In this document: one piece after another, positions 1 to 11,698 of the stretch
How the letters are laid out: every line of letters starts with the position of its first letter
Position numbering within the stretch: position 1 is the first letter of the stretch
Assembly: GCF_037042905.1 (NCBI RefSeq)
Contig: NC_087247.1
Coordinates: forward strand, 60,760,001 to 60,824,000
From: Lytechinus pictus
Taxonomy: Eukaryota
DNA length: 64,000 nucleotides
Reading direction: 5' to 3'
Translations under genes and position numbers: made by a program
The notes under the pieces: model-generated
Database searches by the model: none
Seen by the model: the letters and a program-made list of their open reading frames with translations, nothing else
Told to the model about the DNA's origin: nothing

Positions 1-2074
1 GAGTCTGTCACTTCTGCACCATTGATACCGATGTTATTAAGATCAAATTGTAAACACAGAATACAAACACTTTGATATGGAAAGTTATTATGGGATCATG
101 GGAAATCATACTTAATCATTTCACATGTAAATGTAGGGCATGTCAAAGAACAGCATGGTTTGGTTTCAAGTAATGTTTGCATGGAGCATAATGACTAGTA
201 CAAACATCGACGTTTTTAAAAGGATATCACTACCCTCATCTCTGTCCTTCTGATTTGATTTTAATTTGTTTCTTTCTGCATTCATATTTTTCATTACATA
301 ACAAACATAACATATTGATGACTGTTTATAGGTATGAATCACAGAAAATATAAATTTGCAGAAGGATTGTCATAAGCAGATGGGATTTAAAAAAATGACA
401 ACCACTGATTAGTATTGATAATACATTTAAAAAGCAGAATGGACAAATCTTTTTTTTTGGGTTGAAATGTGAAGATGTCGCTTCCTCTTTTTTTCTACCT
501 TATTACCTCTTTCTCTTTCCATGTATACTGTTCAGCAATTCTACTTGTGTATATCATATTCAAAATTTGTTTAATTTAAATGTTATGTCGCTTATTGCTA
601 CTTGGCTCTAGCTTTATGTACTGCTTCTGTATTTTTGTTTTACGCCTTTATACCATTCTCTTTCTTTTGTCCACCCACCTCTCATCCCCTTTCTCCATCT
701 TTCACTGTCTCTCTCTGCTCCATTTTTATATTTGTATCAATTACCAATCATTTCATATTTGAGATATCAAATGATATCCTTTAAATTTCCCACGAGTTGC
801 CAACATACTTGTATTTCTAATTAATCGGACTAGCATTGCAGGTGAAAATACACATGGTTTCGTTTGAATGAGATCAATTCATACCTGAGGGTATTAAGCC
901 AGGTCTGTTAGGTATCATATCAGACAAATTAACCAACAGACGGGATAGAGTATGACTGGTGATAAATATAGGGGAGGGAGTGTTGGATGGGATAAGGTAA
1001 AATATTGAAGAAAAAAAAATCCTCTCCAAATGAGTACTTGTTTTTTTTAATAACTTTTCTTTAGGGTTTCATTCTATGTTTTGATAGTTTCCTATATTCC
1101 TCAATATTATAAGTTAGGAATAAACTTTCACGGAGATATCCAACGACTAGTTTACACCCTTGTAAAGATGTATTATCTACGTGGATATGTGGCGTGTGTG
1201 GGAGTGGGTTGTGTGTATGGTGAATTTAATACACAAAGAGAGGTGTATTCATTTTTCTTGCATGGGTTGTTTAATTGATGGAATGTTGAAACATCAAGGC
1301 ACAGGGAGGGGTATTCAGAAAATGAACTCCAACAGCATTAGGCCTATTTAACAAAATATTCAGACACCATTACTGAAATACTCTTACACCGTACCATGCA
1401 GTTTAATAATGCAGACTGTGTCATCATAATATTACTAGGCCTATATACCTGATTAACAAAATAGCTAAGTTACGATTATAAATAGAAATCAGCGCAATTG
1501 AAATATCAGAGGAGGTGGAAAAGCTTTGAAAGTTTGGGGCTGAATATGCATAAATTCACAATTTGAGGGTCATTCAACGATTTACTGAAAGACTGGGGAT
1601 GGGTGGGAAACTCCCCGCTTCCACGGGCCCTGTATAGCAAGCAACATAAGCATGTGCAAGCAAAATCTATATTTAGATGGATATACAAATGTCCCACCTA
1701 CTTATCAATTAGAGATTAAATATGTTAAATGAGGGGTGCTTTGACAACCATGGTTTCCTTCTAAAATGGTTTCGGTACGTGTGACGTGCAGGAAGAGAGT
1801 ATCTGTTTGGACATAAGGCATGACGTGTCACACCAATTATGTTAATTGATCAAAGGGTATAGGTGACACTTTGGTAGGTTGAATCTATACCGTGTCTCAC
1901 TCTGATCTATATCAACACCTCAAAAATTTCGAAAATCTATGTTTTGCAAATGAATCTCCCATCTGTAAATGTGAAACGATGCAACCTGATCTATGCAAAA
2001 TATTATTGAAATCGCTTTGGAATCGCATCCTTTCGTGTCATCATAAAATGGGACCTATTCAAAGTATCATTAAG

Positions 2075-2548
2075 TAGCAGCAGAAGTAGAAGAAGTAGTA
2101 GCAGTACTAGTAAGTAGTTACATAGTAGCAGCAGAAGCAGCATTAGTAATGAGTGGTAAATGGCTTTCACAATGGCTCCTTCATCAGAGCCTAGAGGGCT
2201 ATCGTGAGCGGTGTAGTACTGTTGTAATAGTGATATTTTTCTTTTTCCTCTTCTTGTTCTTCTTCTGCTTATTCTTCTTATTAGAGTAGACGTACATGTA
2301 GTAGAAGTAGNNNNNNNNNNNNNNNNNNNNNNNNNNNNNNNNNNNNNNNNNNNNNNNNNNNNNNNNNNNNNNNNNNNNNNNNNNNNNNNNNNNNNNNNNN
2401 NNNNNNNNNNNNNNNNNNNNNNNNNNNNNNNNNNNNNNNNNNNNNNNNNNNNNNNNNNNNNNNNNNNNNNNNNNNNNNNNNNNNNNNNNNNNNNNNNNNN
2501 NNNNNNNNNNNNNNNNNNNNNNNNNNNNGCAGCAGCAGTAGCAGTGGT
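2075..2548. repeat. (AGT/AGC/AGA)n microsatellite region interrupted by an N gap
   Basis: agtagcagcagaagtag... runs flanking Ns. Confidence 0.75.
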
Positions 2549-3170
2549 GGGTTGGTGTTANNNNNNNNNNNNNNNNNNNNNNNNNNNNNNNNNNNNNNNN
2601 NNNNNNNNNNNNNNNNNNNNNNNNNNNNNNNNNNNNNNNNNNNNNNNNNNNNNNNNNNNNNNNNNNNNNNNNNNNNNNNNNNNNNNNNNNNNNNNNNNNN
2701 TCTTGTCCCAAATAAGTCGACATGCCAAGTTTCAATAACTCGGTATAATGTCTTCTTGTCCAAAACAAGTAAGATGTAAATGAAATATACAGTAAAAGGG
2801 AGATGGAGAGAAGGTAGTTCATAATACAATGATTTACTTCAGATTAAAGTCAGATTTGAAAGAATAATTGTTATGTTTTTCGGTTGTACTCAGAAGACAT
2901 ACGATATATGGTTGAAAAGATTATGGGCTTTGATATATATTTTCGATTATTTATAATGGAATGTATCACCATGTAACACTTTTATACATTAATTCTTTTA
3001 AATTGACATTAAAATTACTTTTTGGCGATTTCTTACTATTTTTGTAAATCATTGATTATTAAACAACATAAAAAATATAAGAATATACATACATACATAT
3101 ATATAAATATATATATATACATTTATCTGTATGTATATATATATGTGAAAGAAATGAATGAAGAGAACAA

Positions 3171-3269
3171 TGGTAGGCGTAGCTTAAATCAAAAATTGGT
3201 GATGCCGAAAAATTGTCTCTGCAGGGAATCGAACCCGGGCCCCCAGCTAGGAACGCCGGTGCCTTAACC
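3171..3269 (-). mobile_element. tRNA-derived SINE-like fragment (5'-truncated)
   Basis: Minus strand reads GGTTAAGGCACCGG...GGTTCGATTCCC (Pol III B box); no complete acceptor stem. Confidence 0.55.
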
Positions 3270-3305
3270 TTATAATTTCTCACATTTATATGTATATATA
3301 TATAT

Positions 3306-5063
3306 AAAGTAAGTCCCCCCTTAAACAAACATAATTTCCGAACCACTGGGAGTTTTTAATATATTTTTACATGAACGTATAGGTAATTTTATAAGCTACC
3401 CTCTGAAGGAATGTTACGGACGTACTTTATGTCATGCTTCAATGAGCACTGTCAGACGGCAAATTTGTTACTTTTTACAAGCCAAATATCATGACTTTGA
3501 TTCCAGTTTATTGGAACGAATTCCACATTCTCATTATGAAAAGTCATCAGAAACCTTGTAAAAGGTACTTTCTAAAAGACGATGCAAATTTTTTTGCGAA
3601 ATGTCATGGTTGAATAAACGCAAGTACAAATTTGCTATAATTGGATTTTTTTTACACATTTCTATCGATAAAAATGATTGAAAATGATGACAGATATTTG
3701 GGGGAATCGTATCCTCAACAATATTCATCATTTCACAGTTCAATGAACCCTTAATGAAAACAAAAGATACGATTCTCAAATATCAAAGGCAAGTATTGTT
3801 TCATTTTGGGAACTGAAATTATCTCATCGTGTTCATGACCAATTGGAAAAAATGCAATTGCTAACTATGGATATCTGTCACACACCTTCTTGCATAGTTC
3901 ATTTGATTTGATTTTTATGAAATCCCGATGTCTCATGCTTCAGTGAGCACACAATATTCGAAAATTATGCAAAATGAAAAAAAAGTTCAAGGCCTTTGTC
4001 CCACTCTGTGCCGTATCGAATGATTATTTTGGTGTGCGTGCCTTTTGGATAGTGTCACTCTGAAGCCATGTGCGAGGTTTCATGAAAAAAATGTTGGCAG
4101 AAGTAACAAAAACCGTCCATGAAACAAACCCTCATTTCACTTTTGTTAAAATTTTGATTTCTTCTCTCATAGACATTGTGTACACTATGGGTGCATATGT
4201 CTAAGAACAAGCAGCCCCTTAATCAATATGGTGGAATTTTTTTCAAAACTGTCTTTATCAATTTCATTCGGCAGTAATGTTTATCAACCTATGGGCAGAA
4301 TTCTGTGCGAAAATGAAATCGATTTGTTTATTCATGGATGAGTGAGCACGAATCAAAGGGGAAAAATTACATTTTCAATGACACAGACTCATTTTGAGGG
4401 GTTATCAGGTGAATAATGGGGGCAAATTTAGTTCCAAATGTGACTTAATTGATGTTGTTTTTATCATCCATCATATTGATTACCACACACTTTCCGAGCT
4501 TTTTTACACTTTCATGGTTGAGCGAGCACGCTTGAATACTTAGGAATGACTATTCTTTATACTGCATAAATGCATTCTTTTCCTAAACATTTCTCAGGAT
4601 CAGTTGATTTTATGGACAAATCAGTGGTGGATCCAGAATTTCAAAATGGGGAGGGGAGCCACTAACATTTTTCAATTTTAACACATAGAGGATACTATAC
4701 CATAAACCCCTATGATGATACGTCACAAAAAATTGTGCTCACTCAACCATGAACACACGTTATCAAAACTTTGTGTGGAGTGATTAAATGATGGATAGTG
4801 AAACAGCATTAGCACCATAAATTTACCCCAAAAACAAACTTCGCCCAACTTTGTATCTACACATTCTGAAAAATGACTCTAGTGACTTTCAAAAGTGGTA
4901 ATTTTTAGTTCAATCTTTGATTACTTATGCATGACTCAACTGGTCAACATTTTTCTCCAAGAGTTGCTTAATGAGTGTAAAAACCACCTACGTAATATTT
5001 TATCTCAAAATCATTCCGTTCAAAAAAGTTACAGCATTTTTCAGGGGGACTTAATTTTTTTGT

Positions 5064-5065
<2 letters not shown>
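3306..5065. mobile_element. Non-autonomous TIR element (Tc1/mariner-like) between (TA)n tracts
   Basis: Imperfect TIR aaagtaagtccccc / gggggacttaattt; TA runs on both sides; repeated internal TCATG-N7-GAGCAC motif. Confidence 0.6.
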
Positions 5066-5117
<52 letters not shown>

Positions 5118-5118
<1 letters not shown>

Positions 5119-5823
5119 TCCTAAAAAAAGTTTGGAAATCTGACTATGATCGATAATCCCTCCTCATTTGTAGTAAATATCAATGTGTAATTAATATAAT
5201 GAATAGATCATTTATTTGTCATTAAAATGATACCCTACATGATATGATTATGCTTCACATGGAGGTGCAGTGCCTTGAAATGTGGGGCAAGTTGCAAAAT
5301 GACACAGTATTGAAAGTCTCTGTACTTTTTTCCGTGGTGATGAGTGAGTTTCTCAGCGGTTTCTTTTAATTGTTTTCATGCACCTTAACATCAACATTGA
5401 CATGGAATCAAACACACCTCTGCACAAGCAAACACATAACAAACAAACAAACATGCATGGGTATTTCAAACCACGACTCAAACCATGTTATCTCACAGAA
5501 CATTCATTACATAAACCACAACAAAACATAAAAAAATGAAGAAGCAGGGGCTTGATTTGAATGGATTTTCATCTCTATTGACACAGACAAAAAATCATGT
5601 TCTGTATTTACCCTTCATGACTACTTCTACTCGTTTTGCAGCTTTTCAATTCAGACCTCACCCAACACTTTGGAATCCTGCTCTTTTCGTAATGGCATGA
5701 TCATAACAATCATGGTATCATTTTAAAGATAGTTAAATGATCTTTTGAATGTTGGCAAATATGCATTGTTTAAAATTGGGAGTTTGGGAAATTAATGGCC
5801 AAACTCAGATTTCCAAACTTTTT

Positions 5824-5830
<7 letters not shown>
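5118..5830. mobile_element. Tc1/mariner-like MITE embedded in (TA)n
   Basis: About 26-bp TIR ctcctaaaaaaagtttggaaatctga / tcagatttccaaactttttttgagggg; (TA)n at 5066-5117 and 5833-5880. Confidence 0.8.
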
Positions 5831-5880
<50 letters not shown>

Positions 5881-6401
5881 TGTTTATATGTTTATGTGTG
5901 TGTGTCACTATAAGACAGTATAAGTCTTGAATGTTTTGTAACTTTGAACATGTTATACTGTTTTTTGTTTTACGAAGTAAGAATGCTCGTCTGTAAAATT
6001 GTACTTGATTTACATTTTACTTTATATTCTCCTTTTTATTATGTTTTAAATGGAAATGGAATAAAGAATTGAATTGAATTGAAAAACACACAAATGTATA
6101 ATAAAGGGGTCTGATTCTTAATTTGATAATAATTCACGAACACAATAATGATCAAATCTTGCAGGAGTTGAAAAATCTTTTACCTGATTATCAAGTGTTT
6201 GCATGAATTAAACAGATGAACAAGCAAGAACTACCAACATTTATGTATAAATATGAAATATTGTTGTTACCTACTCCCTTTTCAGATCTCTTGAAACATA
6301 ATAATCAAGTTCATAACCACATTACCTGATCTTCAAGTAAATTTCATTTATGGTCTATCAAGACTAGTCATATTTAATGCTAAATCATCGAGTTCTATAT
6401 A

Positions 6402-7245
6402 CAGTGTGTCTCTAAAAAAAGTAAACCCAACTTCAACGGCAAATTTTCAGAAAACTAAAAAATATTTACACATTATTTTTTCATGGTTAGATAGTCCAAT
6501 AAGTCTTCTGTCCAATTACATCACTTAGGTTATCTAACTCTCATGCATGACTGAGCATGATTCAACTAAGTGAACTGGTGTCAAATCATCACTGTGGCAA
6601 GTTATTTCTTGTTATTTTCATGCATTCAAGGCCTATTTGAAGTTAAACTCAGTGGTTCCGTGATCAGCATACTTTCTCACATTGTACCAGATGGCCCTTT
6701 TGTTGGAGGCTGCCTCTCGGGGAACTGCACCCGAAAAACCTCTTGAACTTCCACGAAACTTCTTGTTTCCTGGTATTGAGTTACCAGGAATACTCTCTGC
6801 TCAATTGTCAACTGTACCATGTTTGGAAAGCATGTGAAGTGTGCCTGTGTTAGGAACAACCTTTGCTGAAGTTGTTATGAAATTATAGGCCTAACATGTG
6901 ACCAAAATTTAACTTCAAATAGGCCTTGAATGCATGACAATAGCAAGAAATAACTTGCCACAGTGATGATTTAATCATAGGCCTAACATGTGACAAACAT
7001 TTAACTTCAAATAGGCCTTGAATGCATGACAATAACAAGAAATAACTTGCCACAGTGATGATTTGACACCAGTTCACTAAGTTGAATCATGCTCAGTCAT
7101 GCCTAAGAGTTAGATAACCTAAGTGATATAATTGGACAGAGGACTTATTGGACTATCTAACCATGAAAAAATAATGTGTAAATATTTTTTAGTTTTCTGA
7201 AAATTTGCCATTGAAGTTGGGTTAACTTTTTTTAGAGACACGCTG
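6402..7245 (-). mobile_element. Internally deleted Tc1/mariner element with about 245-bp TIRs and a transposase N-terminal remnant
   Basis: TA|cagtgtgtctct ... agagacacgctg|TA; near-perfect long TIRs; about 92-bp internal tandem duplication. Confidence 0.88.
6650..6820 (-). pseudogene. Transposase N-terminal HTH (DUF4817-like) remnant
   Basis: MVQLTIEQRVFLVTQYQETRSFVEVQEVFRVQFPERQPPTK, then after a 1-nt frameshift AIWYNVRKYADHGTT; truncated at the TIR. Confidence 0.75.
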
Positions 7246-7615
7246 TATAGGACCCAAACAATTTAATATGATTCCTCAAGTAATAAGTATAACTAATTCA
7301 CATGTTTTACTTTCCTTTAGAAAGCAGTATTAAAGTATTGCTAGACAAGTAAAGCTTTATTAATTTTCAGAGCTAATGTAAATGCATTACCTGTGCCACA
7401 TATACCTTTAATTTAATCTAGTCATGCTAGTAGGATTTTTCTTCCTTTGTTGAATTTATTACTGATAGGTGATTTTGTGTTTTATTATTGTTGTTATTTA
7501 ATATTTTGTTTCGCTGTGTTTTGGCGATCCGGCACCTCATGTTTCGTATAACCTTCGTGGAAAGCTAAGCAAATAATTTGGCATTGATTGATATTTCAAA
7601 GTTGTTTTTATCTTA

Positions 7616-10600
7616 TAGTCCAGTAGATATGTGAAAAGGATGCTCGAATCTGGCAGAAAGTGTGAAATTTGGCACACAGGGGTATTTTTGGGCGCTGATT
7701 TCAAAAATTGCCGGCCCCAAGCGATTTGACCTTCGGGTCGGCCGCCATTTTGAAATCCAAGATGGCCGCCATGAAAAATCATTAAATGTCATTTTCTTGA
7801 GTTTTACATGGCATGTTATACTGAAATTTGGCATATAGGGGTATTTTGAGGCACTGATTTCAAATATTGCCGGCCCCCAGCAATTTGACAATTTGGCCGG
7901 CGGCTAAATGGCCGCCATCTTGGAATCCAAGATGGCCGCCATGATATATTATTGCAATCATTTTCTCGAGTTTTATATGAACTGCGGTATTGAAATTTGG
8001 CATATAGGCTTAATTTGGGGTGCTGATTTCAAATATTGCCAGCCCCAAGTGATTTGACCATCGGGTCGGCCGCCATTTTGAAATCCAAGATGGCCGCCAT
8101 GAGAAATCTTTAATGTCATTTTCATGAGTTTTACATGACGTGTGACACTGAAATTTGGCATATAGGGGTATTTTTAGGCACTGATTACAAATATTGCCGG
8201 CCCCCAGCAATTTGACAATTTGGCCGGCGGCTAAATGGCCGCCATGAAAAATCATTAAATGTCATTTTCTTGAGTTTTACATGATAGGCGACACTGAAAT
8301 TTGGCATATAGGGGTATTTTGAGGCACTGATGTCAAATATTGCCGGCCTCCAGCAATTTGACCTCCAGGTCAGCAGCAAAACGGCCGCCATCTTAAAATC
8401 CAAGATGGCCGCCATGAAAGATAATTTGCTCAAGTCTTACGTATGGCCTGTAACACTTTAAATTTGGAAAAAAACTTGATCTTTGCATCCTTGATCAATG
8501 AAAAGAACATAGTAAATAGATGCTATTTTGAATTCCAATATGGTTACCAAGTTTGAATGATGTTCAACATTATAATGGTGAGTAAAACCCATTGCATTGG
8601 CACTGAAAACAAATCCAACACAACCACATCTTTGTCCGTTGCAAGGAATTTGGCATCCTTAATTGCTGATATAGATGTTACGTAAGTATGAAGCACCATA
8701 GATACACAAACCAGCTAGCTTCTTCTGCAGTTACACATTTGAAGTGGCTTTGGTTGAATAATAACCATCCAGAACAATCATTTTCTGTTGAGAGGCTTTA
8801 AATTATTTCTTTGAGTTTTATATGATCTGCATTATTGCACTTTGACAAATCGACGGAGTGTGGGGTGCTTATTTCAAATATTGCTGGCCCTCAGCGATCT
8901 GATCCCGAGTCAGAGGCAAAATGTCAGCCATCTTGAAATCCAAGATGGCTGCCATGAAAAAAGATCATTGAAAAAAAATCACTTTATCTAGTATCACGTA
9001 ACGTATTATTTTAAAGTTTGGCACCTAGGGATATTGAAATTGCCCCCAGTAATCTGTCCAACAGATATGCTGCAAAATGGCCACCATCTTGAAATCTAGA
9101 GAGGGTAGACTGTCATGAAAATTCATTAAAATCATTTTCTTGGTTTTAAACAATTTGAGGCACTGCATTTTAGAAATACAGGCAGGATTTTGGCCCGCTT
9201 GTTTTAGAATATTGCTCCAATAATTGCAATATTTTATTACAAATCAACATGAAGAAAACTGCTCCAGACTTGAAGTACTGATGGTTATATAGTAGTATGA
9301 TGATGATGATGATGATGAAATGAAATTAATATTAATAATGGATGATAAAAATACATATTTTATTGTTCAAAATAGAATTCAGTAACAGAAATGCTCCGAA
9401 AATTTATTTTGCCCATACCCTGTAGATCGTGAGCCCGGCAGCAACTTAGCAGCGCGACATCGGACGTTGCTCTATCCTTTAAAAAGGGAGTTCACCCCAG
9501 AGAAAAGTTTGTTGTAAAAACAAAAGAAAATATGATATAAAAAAGATATTGGTGGATCCATCAAAGATATTAGAATTTTAAGTTTTTGATTTGTGACGTC
9601 ATATAGGCTACTGTACGAGCAGCTTTCCCATTATGTTGTGTGATATAAAATGCATAAATGGTTCATCGTGGGTATTTTTTTTTCTTTCTGGAGCGGGTGT
9701 GAAATCATTAGTTTGTTGATATACTGAGGGTCCAATAAAAAAACATTTTCATTTTTTGAGGAGGCTACATTTCATTGATTTTTGTACTTTAAGAAACATG
9801 GGGGAACTGCTTGAATCTGACGTCTCAAATGCACCAAATGAAATTCCAATAGCTTTTTAAATATTTGATGGAATTTCCTCAAACCTTCAATATTTTTTTT
9901 CATTATTTATTCTGTTATTGTTTCAATAAACTTTTTGTCAGGTTGAACTTCCTCTTTAATTCGTTGACCGCCAAACAGGTTAGAAGCAGCTCCCCTTTTC
10001 TAACATCTTTTGGTCTGATGCTGTCGGAGCTTGAACTCCCGATCTCCCGATTGTGAGGCGAACATGCTCCCATTGTCAGATTGTCGAACACACGATGGTT
10101 ATTCAAAAATGCCAAATTTCAAAATAATACCTACATTATAATTATGATACTTGATTTTTTTTTATGATTTTTTTATGGCAGCCATCTTTGATTTCAAGAT
10201 GGCTGCCATAAATTGGATGAACATTACTGGATTCGAAAGAAGTCTATGGAGATCACAGGAAAATCTCAGTTGTGGGCGATGCCGTCGAACTTAACACACG
10301 TGTAGAAAGCAACTCGGACGCCAAAAGAAAGCTTATTTTCTTTTCTTTTGACTGATGATACATATGTTTACTCACCATTGTAATGTTGAACATCATTCAA
10401 ACTTGGTAACCATATTGGAATTCAAAATAGCATCTATTTACTATGTTCTTTTCATTGATCAAGGATGCAAAGATCAAGTTTTTTCCAAATTTAAAGTGTT
10501 ACAGGCCATACGTAAGACTTGAGCAAATTATCTTTCAAGGCGGCCATCTTGGATTTTAAGATGGCGGCTGTTTTGCTGCTGACCTGGAGGTCAAATTGCT

Positions 10601-11698
10601 GGGGGCCGGCAATATTTGACATCAGTGCCTCAAAATACCCCTATATGCCAAATTTCAGTGTCGCCTATCATGTAAAACTCAAGAAAATGACATTTAATGA
10701 TTTTTCATGGCGGCCATCTTGGATTTCAAAATGGCGGCCATTTAGCCGCCGACCAAATTGTCAAATTGCTGGGGGCCGGCAATATTTGTAATCAGTGCCT
10801 AAAAATACCCCTATATGCCAAATTTCAGTGTCACACGTCATGTAAAACTCATGAAAATGACATTAAAGATTTCTCATGGCGGCCATCTTGGATTTCAAAA
10901 TGGCGGCCGACCCGATGGTCAAATCACTTGGGGCTGGCAATATTTGAAATCAGCACCCCAAATTAAGCCTATATGCCAAATTTCAATACCGCAGTTCATA
11001 TAAAACTCGAGAAAATGATTGCAATAATATATCATGGCGGCCATCTTGGATTTCAAGATGGCGGCCATTTTGCCGCCGGCCAAATGGTCAAATTGCTGGG
11101 GGCTGGCAATATTTGAAATCAGTGCCTCAAAATACCCCTATATGCCAAATTTCAGTGTCACATGCCATGTTAAACTCAAGAAAATGACATTTAATGATTT
11201 TTCATGGCGGCCATCTTGGATTTCAAAATGGCGGCCGACCCGATGGTCAAATCACTTGGGGCCGGCAATATTTGAAATCAGCAACCCGAATTAAGCCTAT
11301 ATGCCAAATTTCAATACCGCAGTTCATATAAAACTCGAAAAAATGATTGCAATAATATATCATGGCGGCCATCTTGGATTTTAAGATGGCGGCCATTTTG
11401 CCGCCGGCCAAATGGTCAAATTGCTGGGGGCCGGCAATATTTGAAATCAGTGCCTCAAAATACCCCTATATGCCAAATTTCAGTGTTACATGCCATGTAA
11501 AACTCAAGAAAATGACATTTAATGATTTTTCATGGCGGCCATCTTGGATTTCAAAATGGCGGCCGACCCGATGGTCAAATCGCTTGGGGCCGGCAATTTT
11601 TGAAATCAGCGCCCAAAAATACCCCTGTATGCCCATTTTTACACTTTCTGCCAGATCCGAGCATCTTGGCCATTTTTTGTCACATAACCGCTCCACTA
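7616..11698. mobile_element. Foldback-type non-autonomous DNA transposon (Academ-like) with long modular inverted arms
   Basis: TTA|TAGT ... ACTA|TTA (3-bp TSD). Arms about 7616-8585 and 10366-11698 are reverse complements built of about 328-bp units rich in GGCGGCCATCTTG / CAAAATGGCGGCC. The superfamily call rests on TAG termini and the 3-bp TSD. Confidence 0.8.
9483..9955. mobile_element. Kolobok-like MITE nested in the foldback spacer
   Basis: TTAA|aaagggagttcacc ... ggttgaacttcctct|TTAA. Confidence 0.65.

Noticed and set aside
2199-2829. Long ORFs across N runs (also 17168-18298)
   Set aside because: Open only because of undetermined bases.
3171-3269. tRNA gene
   Set aside because: B box and partial arms are present but there is no 5' acceptor stem or complete cloverleaf; treated as a SINE-like relic.
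7470-7570. Hydrophobic frame FCVLLLLLFNILFRCVLA as the missing signal-peptide exon
   Set aside because: Preceded directly by TGA, with no ATG and no convincing phase-1 donor.
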